Shown here: positions 10,336 through 17,833 of the stretch, one piece after another
Numbering within the stretch: the first letter of the stretch is position 1
Layout of the letters: each line of letters begins with the position of its first letter
Source: Deltaproteobacteria bacterium HGW-Deltaproteobacteria-17
GTDB lineage: Bacteria; Myxococcota_A; Polyangia; HGW-17
Length of the DNA: 40,512 nt
NCBI GenBank assembly: GCA_002841905.1
Contig: PHBF01000001.1
Coordinates: 1 to 40,512 of the forward strand
Direction: 5' to 3'
Program-made: the position numbers and the translations under genes
Notes under the pieces: generated by a model
The model's database searches: none
Seen by the model: the letters and a program-made list of their open reading frames with translations, nothing else
What the model was told of the DNA's origin: nothing

Positions 10336-13193
10336 AGCAATCATTTCTCGTCTTTTTCTTGTTTGTTTTTTCCTGTTCAGCCTGTGAAACCGACCTCAAG
10401 GAAGGCCACTATACCTGCGATCCCAATGAACCGGGTGCCTGCCCCGACGGCTGGGTCTGCCAGTTGCGCGGCACCGACGGCATCTATCGCTGCTACGAGA
10501 CCGCCGGTGCCTATTGTCAGAACGGCGTGCTCGATCCCGGCGAGATCTGCGACGGCACCGACCTGGGCGACTTCACCTGTGAGGCCGGCTGGCCCATCTG
10601 CCTGACCAACTGCACCGCGATCTGCACCGAGTGCGGCAACGGCCACATCGAGCTCAACGAGTTCGGCGTGGGTGAGGAGTGCGACGACGGCAACTCCGAC
10701 GATGGTGACGGCTGCTCCTCGGAGTGCCTGATCGAACGCTCCTACTGCGTCGAACGCGACTCCGACGAATGCCTCAACTGGTGCGGCGACGGCATCATCA
10801 ACGGACCCGAACTGTGCGAACCCGGCAACCTCGGCGGCTACGACTGCACCGACTTTGGCTTCCACGACGGAACCCTGGGCTGCACGGCCGACTGCCGGGC
10901 CTTCGACGACTCCGCCTGCGCGCACTACTGCGGCGACGGCCAAATCCACGAGGTCGAGTCCTGCGACAGTTCTAATACAAATCATCAGCAATGCACTGAT
11001 TTTTACTTCAGCGGTGGCACCCTTGGCTGTGAATCAAACTGCTCATTCTCATTTTCTAATTGTTTCAATAGTTGGAAACGTCAGATTATCAGCACATTTG
11101 GAACCATTTCCGCGATCCATGGCACCGGACCTGAAAATGTTTTCGCTGTCAGTCTAAATGGGTGGATTGGCCAATGGGATGGTATATCCTGGACCGAATT
11201 CTCGATCGCTGGAAGTCCGATGTTGAACGGAGTCTTCACCAACGGCCCGAACGATGCATGGGCCATTGCATCAAACGGCACGGTACTTCAATTTGACGGG
11301 ACCCAATGGAATGATTCCATTTTTCCTCCCTCTACTTTAATATTGGGCATTTGGGGCAGCGCTTCTGACGACATGTACATTGTTGGCCAGGTCGAAGAAA
11401 TCGTCGTCGAGGGTGGTATCGAAGTCCCATATCGAGTTGGAGCTTTGTTTCACTACAATGGTGCCATCTGGCAAGAACTCTTCCGTCTTCCTGTTTCAGA
11501 GCTTGAGACTTCCCTAAAATCGATCTCCGGATCTGGGCCCGAAGACATCTGGGTTTCTGGAGATAATGCATCTCTATTTCATTACGACGGGATGGGTTGG
11601 ACACCAGTTAATCCTCCGGTTGAATGGACGGGAATCATCGACTTGAAGGTTCATGTCGTCGATTCCACCAGAATGATTCTACTTGCCATCGACAGCAATT
11701 ACTCTACTTATGGCGCTATCCATGAATTTGATTTTTTTAGACTACTGAACTTTGAACCTTCCACCAGAGTTACCGGCATCAGCGGAGGGACGCTTTTTGA
11801 TCTCGTCATGACCGTCGGTAATGCGCAGGTATTGCGCCTCGATGGAGATGCTTGGAGAACCCTGACTCCCGTACCACAAAGTCAGTTTTATTCCATCTGG
11901 AGCTATGATGGCGTCTTTTGGGTTGGCGGAAGCAACGGTTTACTGTTGAGATACGATGGAGATTTTGAATATTCATCTAAGGTCTTCTCTGAATCGATGA
12001 CTCGCATATGGGGTCCTAACAATGATGAATTATACGTCCTCAGTTTGTTCGGAAAAGTATATCACCTTGAAAATGGTTCTTGGACGCAAGAAACGGTCCC
12101 TGTCGGCTTGTCCCCCAAGGATCTCTGGGGCCCTGATGAGAATTTTATCATTGCGGTTGGATCCCAGGGAAAAACCGCAGTACGTCGTGACGGCGCCTGG
12201 AGTGCGCTTCCTTCCATCCCATCGAGCGTTCAAACCCTGTTTGCCGTACATGGATGTGATCATCAAAACATTTGGTCGGTCGGGCTATCCGGTCATATTC
12301 GAAAATTTGAAAATGATAATTGGATCGTCCAAACGCTTTCCGAAGTTTCGAGTACTCTTAACGACGTTTTCTGCAATAGTCCCACTGATGTATGGGCGGT
12401 AGGAATGAACGGAACTATACTGCACTATGACGGAAGCGTTTGGACATCCGTAGATTCTGGTACTAGCGAAACGCTCCAGTCAGTTTGGGCCAATAGCGAA
12501 GATAACGTATACGCCGTCGGGAACAATGGAATAATTCTACATTTCGATGGTGATTCCTGGTCCCGAATGGAATCCCTTGTTGGAATCACGCTTCGCGACA
12601 TCCAGGGTACAAATGCCCGTGACATCTGGACCGTTGGAAGTTCTGCCAACTTGCTCCATTATGATGGGATTCGTTTTTCCCCTATGACCATTCATGGATA
12701 TCCGGTAACAAATCGAATCCATATTCGCCCCAACGGAAACCGTGTAATCACGGCTGATACAAAATACATGGAATACCACAGTGCAGGTTTTATAAATGAC
12801 ACTTGTTTTTCTACCATTCCCCTCTACTGTGATGAAAACCGGTTCTTCGATACCGAGGGCCTCCCTGCTCGGTTTGATCAGTATCAAAATAATATTGGGT
12901 TTTCTGGCGCGGAAGCTTCATTTAATTTCACAGCTCCATTTTCCGGTCGGTTTAGTTGGACCCTGAGCCATACCTCTGCAAATACCCGCATCATTGCAAT
13001 TTCTGAGGACAAAGCAAACGACTGTGATACTTCACAAATTATTGGTATTTCAACTATTGGCCTCAACCCTGATACTCAGACCTTGGAATTATTGCTCGAA
13101 AGAAATTCCAAAATAATAATTGTTCTAGATTCATCAAATGCAACAACTGGGTATATTCATTCTGTTTGTGAGCGTATGGGCTATGTCAATTAA
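10332..13193 (+). CDS. Mosaic secreted/lipoprotein-like protein: Cys-rich repeat module, about 13-unit beta-propeller-type repeat array, and a C-terminal beta-rich domain
   Basis: 953 aa. Its ATG overlaps the upstream stop (ATGA at 10332-10335). Signal peptide MKQSFLVFFLFVFSCSAC. Four Cys-rich repeats of the CGNG/CGDG...ECDDGN..DGDGC type. Recurrent hYDGxxW units follow. The first 212 codons are GC-rich and the remainder is AT-rich. Confidence 0.85.
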   Translation: MKQSFLVFFLFVFSCSACETDLKEGHYTCDPNEPGACPDGWVCQLRGTDGIYRCYETAGAYCQNGVLDPGEICDGTDLGDFTCEAGWPICLTNCTAICTECGNGHIELNEFGVGEECDDGNSDDGDGCSSECLIERSYCVERDSDECLNWCGDGIINGPELCEPGNLGGYDCTDFGFHDGTLGCTADCRAFDDSACAHYCGDGQIHEVESCDSSNTNHQQCTDFYFSGGTLGCESNCSFSFSNCFNSWKRQIISTFGTISAIHGTGPENVFAVSLNGWIGQWDGISWTEFSIAGSPMLNGVFTNGPNDAWAIASNGTVLQFDGTQWNDSIFPPSTLILGIWGSASDDMYIVGQVEEIVVEGGIEVPYRVGALFHYNGAIWQELFRLPVSELETSLKSISGSGPEDIWVSGDNASLFHYDGMGWTPVNPPVEWTGIIDLKVHVVDSTRMILLAIDSNYSTYGAIHEFDFFRLLNFEPSTRVTGISGGTLFDLVMTVGNAQVLRLDGDAWRTLTPVPQSQFYSIWSYDGVFWVGGSNGLLLRYDGDFEYSSKVFSESMTRIWGPNNDELYVLSLFGKVYHLENGSWTQETVPVGLSPKDLWGPDENFIIAVGSQGKTAVRRDGAWSALPSIPSSVQTLFAVHGCDHQNIWSVGLSGHIRKFENDNWIVQTLSEVSSTLNDVFCNSPTDVWAVGMNGTILHYDGSVWTSVDSGTSETLQSVWANSEDNVYAVGNNGIILHFDGDSWSRMESLVGITLRDIQGTNARDIWTVGSSANLLHYDGIRFSPMTIHGYPVTNRIHIRPNGNRVITADTKYMEYHSAGFINDTCFSTIPLYCDENRFFDTEGLPARFDQYQNNIGFSGAEASFNFTAPFSGRFSWTLSHTSANTRIIAISEDKANDCDTSQIIGISTIGLNPDTQTLELLLERNSKIIIVLDSSNATTGYIHSVCERMGYVN
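10512..11063 (+). repeat. Four tandem Cys-rich protein repeats (Myxococcus-type cysteine-rich repeat)
   Basis: Units by eye are YCQNGVLDPGEICDG..C..C, CGNGHIELNEFGVGEECDDGNSDDGDGCSSEC, WCGDGIINGPELCEPGNLGGYDCTDFGFHDGTLGCTADC and YCGDGQIHEVESCDSSNTNHQQCTDFYFSGGTLGCESNC. Units 3 and 4 align position for position. Confidence 0.7.
11094..12690 (+). repeat. About 13 degenerate 40-50-aa protein repeats of the hYDGxxW type (beta-propeller blades); coordinates approximate
   Basis: Anchors seen in order: IGQWDGISW, VLQFDGTQW, LFHYNGAIW, LFHYDGMGW, IHEFDFFRL (degenerate), VLRLDGDAW, LLRYDGDFE, VYHLENGSW, AVRRDGAWS, IRKFENDNW, ILHYDGSVW, ILHFDGDSW, LLHYDGIRF. Each is preceded by a (D/N)hWAVG-like strand. 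Confidence 0.65.
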
Positions 13194-13330
13194 TCATCAT
13201 TCTCACATCATCCGTAAAAAGTTTTATAGTTTTCAATGCTATAAATACATAATTTCTATTAAATTGCCATTTCTGTAGCATTATATATTAACAACGCAGC
13301 AAACAGTTTACAATCAACATGGAGGCTCAT

Positions 13331-14824
13331 ATGAAGTATTTATTTTTTTTTACAATGGTTTTATATTCAACATCAGTAAGCGCTACTCCGTATTACGACA
13401 ATCAATACGATATAATGGATTTTCAGTACACACAAACTAGTGCATTAACTGGTAGCGGACTAGCCGCAACCAATGAATGGCTGTTTGTAGGCGTCCCAGG
13501 ATATGATAAAGTTCAGATTCGTCCGCTGCCAACACTTGTTGATGTTGGGGCGGTCCACGTTTATCGTAAAAATTTCAGCACGGGAGAATGGAACTATTTT
13601 CAACGCATTCTACCGCATTCCTCTGTGGACGCTTATTCATATTTTGGAAGTAGTATCGACGCTTCAGGAACGAAAGTCATCATCGGGGCTCCTGGCGGAA
13701 GATCGGGTGCAGGGTTTTCTGGGTTATATTCATTTAATGGAACATCCTGGGTACTTTCTCAACAAATTGAACCTTCTGGACTCGCAAGTTTAGATAATTT
13801 TGGTTTTTCAGTGGCCATTCAGGGTAATTGTATTGCCATTGGCACACCTGGAAGAGATGGTTATAGTGGGACGAATACCGGTGCTGTATATTTATATAAA
13901 TATGTAAATAATGTACTTACACTCATAAACACAAGTACTCCTCCTGCAATCCAATATTATTATCCCTACTATGGTTACTCTGTGGATGTTGTCGATCGTT
14001 ACTGGGATAATCCCGCCACCTGTTCAGTCGTTGTGGGTGCACCCAATGCCGTTGTGAATGGTAACCTTTTTGCGGGTTTCATCAAGAGTTATAAAATCAA
14101 TTATTCATCTACTCCTTATACCTTGACATTAACTGGATATTTTACTGGCCAAGCTGGCGATGAATTTGGTCGTTCTGTGAGTATGATCGAGTATTCGGGA
14201 ACCAACACTTATGATCGAATTTTTATTGGTTCTCCTGGGTATGCAAATGATGAAGGGAAAATCTCTGGATTGAGAAAATCAACTTCCAATCTATGGTCTA
14301 CCTGTACCACTCCATGTTTAATAAGTGAAACCATCAATTCTTCCAACGGTAGATATGGTGAAAAAGTCAATTTCAATAGTGAAATCGGACTGGTTTCAGA
14401 GCCGGAATATGGGAATTTTGGTAGAGTTCACGTTTTAGTTCGACATAACTGTTGGAATCAATCACCGTTTGTTGAGAACTGTTTTGTTCCGCTAGATACA
14501 ATCAATTCCCCAAACCTTCAAACCAATGAAGTTTTTGGTGGAAATATTTCAGTAGACTATACAAATACTCCTGCCAGTAATTATTTAGGCGAGAATGATT
14601 ATCTCACATTGTTTGTTTCCTCTCCAAAATATGATTATCTCTCTTACACTGATAATGGCATTGCCTACCAGTTTGGGGGGACCCTTGAACTTCTACCTTT
14701 GTGGCAATGCACGAATTGCGGATATCTTCACTCAGGAGAGCTTCCTCCGTTTACTTGCCCGGTTTGTATGGAGGATAGTACGTTCTTCACCGAATTAGAT
14801 GAATGGTTCCCTTTTGTATTCTGA
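13331..14824 (+). CDS. Secreted seven-blade FG-GAP (integrin-alpha-like) repeat protein with C-terminal rubredoxin/rubrerythrin-type Cys4 knuckle
   Basis: The ORF track starts at 13319, but GGAGG at 13321-13325 favours the ATG at 13331 (MKYLFFFTMVLYSTSVSA|T signal peptide). Seven units of the type (F/Y)G.S(V/I)....h.(I/V)G(A/S)PG....G.hYhh. C-terminus WQCTNCGYLHSGELPPFTCPVCMEDSTFF. AT-rich codon usage. Confidence 0.8.
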   Translation: MKYLFFFTMVLYSTSVSATPYYDNQYDIMDFQYTQTSALTGSGLAATNEWLFVGVPGYDKVQIRPLPTLVDVGAVHVYRKNFSTGEWNYFQRILPHSSVDAYSYFGSSIDASGTKVIIGAPGGRSGAGFSGLYSFNGTSWVLSQQIEPSGLASLDNFGFSVAIQGNCIAIGTPGRDGYSGTNTGAVYLYKYVNNVLTLINTSTPPAIQYYYPYYGYSVDVVDRYWDNPATCSVVVGAPNAVVNGNLFAGFIKSYKINYSSTPYTLTLTGYFTGQAGDEFGRSVSMIEYSGTNTYDRIFIGSPGYANDEGKISGLRKSTSNLWSTCTTPCLISETINSSNGRYGEKVNFNSEIGLVSEPEYGNFGRVHVLVRHNCWNQSPFVENCFVPLDTINSPNLQTNEVFGGNISVDYTNTPASNYLGENDYLTLFVSSPKYDYLSYTDNGIAYQFGGTLELLPLWQCTNCGYLHSGELPPFTCPVCMEDSTFFTELDEWFPFVF

Positions 14825-14826
14825 GT

Positions 14827-14845
14827 TTTCAGCGCTTGAAATTTT
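14827..14845 (+). terminator. Weak A/U-rich hairpin plus T-run between convergent genes (candidate terminator)
   Basis: TTTCAG-cgc-TTGAAA (5 Watson-Crick pairs plus 1 G-U) followed by TTTT at 14842-14845. Located in the 25-nt gap between the FG-GAP gene stop and the rpe stop. The stem is short and not GC-rich. Confidence 0.2.
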
Positions 14846-14849
14846 CATA

Positions 14850-15497
14850 TCAAAATAGCAACTGCAACTGTTGAATGAACGCGGCCCGGTCGGGGGCCCC
14901 AAACAGCGCGGACCCGGACACCAGCAGGTTGGCGCCGGCGGCCACGACCTGTGGGGCGGTGTTCAGGTCCACCCCGCCGTCGACCTCGATCAGCACGTCG
15001 GAGCGACCCGCCGCGTCGAGGATCCGGCGGCACTGGGCGAGCTTGGCCAGGCCTCCGGGAATGAACGCCTGACCGCCGAAGCCGGGGTTCACCGTCATGA
15101 TCAGCACCAGGTCCAGCACCTCCCAGACATGCTCGAGCACCGCCACCGGGGTGGACGGATTGAGCGCCACGCCGGCCTTCACGCCGCGCTTCTTCAGGTG
15201 GGAGAGCGTGCGGTGCAGGTGCACGTCGGCCTCGGCGTGGATCGTGACGATCGCGGCGCCCGCGTCGATGAACGCGTCGACGTGCCGGGCCGGCTGGGAG
15301 ATCATCAGGTGGACGTCCTGCGGGATGCCCGTCCGGGACAGGGCGCGCACCAGCCCGGGCCCGTAGGTGAGGTTGGGCACGAAATCCCCGTCCATGACGT
15401 CGATGTGGAGCCAGTCGCAGCCGCGGATGGACTCGATCTCTTGATCCAGGTGCAACATGTCCGCGCTCAGCAGGGAGGGAGCAACTTGCACGTGCAT
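14850..15497 (-). CDS. rpe: Ribulose-phosphate 3-epimerase
   Basis: 215 aa. APSLLSADMLHL, HIDVMDGDFVPNLTYGP and MTVNPGFGGQAFI are classical Rpe motifs. The last 9 codons (FIQQLQLLF) are AT-rich, unlike the rest of the gene. Confidence 0.93.
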   Translation of the reverse strand: MHVQVAPSLLSADMLHLDQEIESIRGCDWLHIDVMDGDFVPNLTYGPGLVRALSRTGIPQDVHLMISQPARHVDAFIDAGAAIVTIHAEADVHLHRTLSHLKKRGVKAGVALNPSTPVAVLEHVWEVLDLVLIMTVNPGFGGQAFIPGGLAKLAQCRRILDAAGRSDVLIEVDGGVDLNTAPQVVAAGANLLVSGSALFGAPDRAAFIQQLQLLF

Positions 15498-15501
15498 GGT
15501 C

Positions 15502-16851
15502 TTACCCCTGTTTTTTCAGCCGGGCGACGTAGAAGCCGTCGGTGTTGTGTCGGTTGGGAAGCAGCACCAGATCACCATGGGCGTTGGTGCACTCGGACCA
15601 GGGAATCCCCGGCACCTCGGGCGCGGGCATGCGCTCGAACTCCGGGTGCATCGACAGGAAGTGGGCGACCCGTTCGGTGGTCTCCGGAGGCCAGAAGGTG
15701 CAGACCACGTAGGCCAGCATGCCGCCGGGCGCGACGCGGGAGGCCATGGCCTCGAGCAACTGGGCCTGCTTCTTGGCCATGGAGCGGGCCTCCTCCTGGG
15801 TGAGCCGCCACTTGGCCTCGGGATGCCGGCGCAGCACGCCGAGCCCGGAGCAGGGCGCGTCCAGCAGGATCACATCGAAGACTCCCTCGGGCTGCTCCTT
15901 GATGAGGTTCATGGTGGCCGTGGAGATGCAGGTGATGCCGGCACGGCGGGCCCGCTGGGAGAGGGCGTCCATCTTCGAGGCCTTCAGGTCCACGGCCAGG
16001 ATCGAGGCCTCGTTGGTCAGCCGGGCGGCCATGTGCAGCGACTTGCCGCCGGTGCCGGCGCAGGCGTCGAGGATGCGCTGCCCGGGCTTCGGATCCACAA
16101 AGAACACGACCAACTGGGAGCCCTCGTCCTGGACGAGGTACCAGCCCTCGCGGTGGAGGTCCTGACGGATCGGGTCGGGCAGGCCCTGCACCTCGACCCC
16201 GACCGGTGAAAACCGCGTGGGGGCGATCGAGGCGTCCGGGAACTGCAGGTGCAGTTTCTCCATCAGGGCTTCCCGATCGGTGCGGATCACATTGGTGCGG
16301 AGGATCGTGCGGGCCCGCTGGTTGAGCGACTCGAGCAGGCCGTCGGCCTCGTCGGGACCGACGGTGTCCACGGCCGCCTGGACCATCCATGGCGCGAAGG
16401 AATGCACGACCCCCATGCGCGCGAACCGGTCGTCCGTGGGGGAAAACGGTGGTTCGCCCTGGTGGGCCAGCTTGCGCAACACCGCGTTGACGAACCCCGA
16501 CGGCGTGGTGCCCACGTGGAGGCGCGTCAGTTCCACCGCGCGGTCCACGGCGATCGCATGCGGGATGTTCTGCATGAACAGGATCTGATAGGCCCCGATC
16601 AGCAGCTGGCGCCGCACGAAGGGATGGCAGTGATCCAGCGAGGAGTTGGCGTACTCGGAGACCGCCCGCTCCAGCCGGGTGCGGTGACGCAGCACGCCAA
16701 ACAGTATTTCCTTGCTTAAAGCCCTTACCTCCCGGGAGAGGTTTCCGCTCATGGCGACCGCGTCGAACGCGATCGAGGCGTAGGCGTTGTGCCGCTCCAC
16801 CCGGGCCAGCACTTCCTGGGCCAGCAGGCGTGGTTCGTCTGAAAGATTCAT
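15502..16851 (-). CDS. rsmB: 16S rRNA (cytosine967-C5)-methyltransferase RsmB (Sun)
   Basis: The ORF track runs to 17145 over fmt, which is an artefact. The ATG at 16851 (MNLSDEPRLLAQEVL) overlaps the fmt stop (ATGA). NusB-like N-domain, then ILDACAGTGGKSLHMA, DVILLDAPCSGLGVLRRHPE and YVVCTFWPPE. Confidence 0.9.
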   Translation of the reverse strand: MNLSDEPRLLAQEVLARVERHNAYASIAFDAVAMSGNLSREVRALSKEILFGVLRHRTRLERAVSEYANSSLDHCHPFVRRQLLIGAYQILFMQNIPHAIAVDRAVELTRLHVGTTPSGFVNAVLRKLAHQGEPPFSPTDDRFARMGVVHSFAPWMVQAAVDTVGPDEADGLLESLNQRARTILRTNVIRTDREALMEKLHLQFPDASIAPTRFSPVGVEVQGLPDPIRQDLHREGWYLVQDEGSQLVVFFVDPKPGQRILDACAGTGGKSLHMAARLTNEASILAVDLKASKMDALSQRARRAGITCISTATMNLIKEQPEGVFDVILLDAPCSGLGVLRRHPEAKWRLTQEEARSMAKKQAQLLEAMASRVAPGGMLAYVVCTFWPPETTERVAHFLSMHPEFERMPAPEVPGIPWSECTNAHGDLVLLPNRHNTDGFYVARLKKQG

Positions 16852-17783
16852 TCTCTTCCTCGTAGTACCGTCTTTTCCGGTATCGGGTGTCCGACCAGCA
16901 CGTTTCGCGCCGGCATGCGTTTTCCTCCGGGCCATTGCATCTCTCCAGTGACCACCGCGTCCTGTCCGCAGGCGACGGCCAGGCCGCCGGTGGTGAGCCC
17001 CAGCACGGTTCCCGCCGGGGCGGACGCCGGAATCACACCGGGTGAAAAAAATTTGATCCTCGCATCGCCGAGATAGGCATACGCGCCCGGCCGCGAATCG
17101 AAGGCCCGCAGATGCGAGGCCACCTCGACTGCCGACTTTCTCCAATCGATCAAAGCCATCTCCGTGGTCAGGAACGGCGCGCGCGTGGCGAGGGCGTCAT
17201 CCTGGGGTATCCGGGGAAGCGGCACGCCGGACGCGGCCTCCTGCTCCAGAACCTCGGCCAGCGCCGCGGCACCCTCCATGGCGAGGCGGCACAGCAGGCT
17301 GTCGGCGTTCTCCTCCGGAGAGATCGTCGTGGACACCTGCCGTACGATGTCACCTGCGTCCATCGCCTCGTTCATCTGCATGATGGTGACCCCCGTGGTC
17401 TGCTCACCGTGATAGAGCGTCCAGGGCACGGGGGCGGGTCCACGCCAGCGTGGAAGGAGCGACGGATGGATGTTGAGCGCACCATGCCGGGCCGTGGCCA
17501 GGACCGACGCCGGCAGGATGCGGCCATAGGCGACCACGACAAGGTAGTCGGCCTTCAGTTCGGCCAGCTTCCGGGCAAAGCCCTCGGTGCGAACGGCGCG
17601 CGGGGTCGACACTTCAAGTCCGAGCTCGCGGGCCCGTAGCTCCACCGGCGTCGGCAGGCACTTCTGGCCCCGGCCGCAGGGACGCTCCGGCTGCGTCACC
17701 ACCAGCACGATTTCATGGGAGCCGTGCAGCGTGCCCAACGCAGGGAGAGCAAAATCCGGAGAGCCGAAAAAAACAATGCGCAA
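16848..17783 (-). CDS. fmt: Methionyl-tRNA formyltransferase
   Basis: The ORF track runs to 18209, which is an artefact. The homologous part begins at (L)RIVFFGSPDFALPAL. A TTG at 17783 with GAGG 9 nt upstream gives a 311-aa product. A GTG 9 codons upstream is an alternative start. Motif HGALNIHPSLLPRWRGPAPV. Confidence 0.85.
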   Translation of the reverse strand: MRIVFFGSPDFALPALGTLHGSHEIVLVVTQPERPCGRGQKCLPTPVELRARELGLEVSTPRAVRTEGFARKLAELKADYLVVVAYGRILPASVLATARHGALNIHPSLLPRWRGPAPVPWTLYHGEQTTGVTIMQMNEAMDAGDIVRQVSTTISPEENADSLLCRLAMEGAAALAEVLEQEAASGVPLPRIPQDDALATRAPFLTTEMALIDWRKSAVEVASHLRAFDSRPGAYAYLGDARIKFFSPGVIPASAPAGTVLGLTTGGLAVACGQDAVVTGEMQWPGGKRMPARNVLVGHPIPEKTVLRGRE

Positions 17784-17833
17784 AGGACCGAACCTCAGGG
17801 TTGCGGGCACCCTTCCAGGACCCGAAAGTTCAG

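Larger units (their letters stand above)
10968..14878. other. Low-GC compositional island (about 3.9 kb) with both boundaries inside ORFs
   Basis: G+C counted in sample lines. Outside the island: 9301-9360 = 41/60 and 10921-10970 = 32/50. Inside: 10981-11040 = 27/60, 11041-11100 = 20/60, 12001-12060 = 24/60 and 13381-13440 = 22/60. The sequence is GC-rich again from 14881. Boundary coordinates are good to roughly +/-15 nt. Confidence 0.8.

Noticed and set aside
10968-14878. Prophage, IS, integrative element or DGR explanation for the low-GC patch
   Set aside because: No integrase, transposase, reverse transcriptase, tRNA target, terminal inverted repeats or convincing direct repeats are visible. 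Only a 6-nt ACAGTT/AACTGT inverted match occurs near the edges, which is expected by chance. No template/variable repeat pair was seen. An assembly chimera cannot be excluded from sequence alone and is listed as the refutation test.
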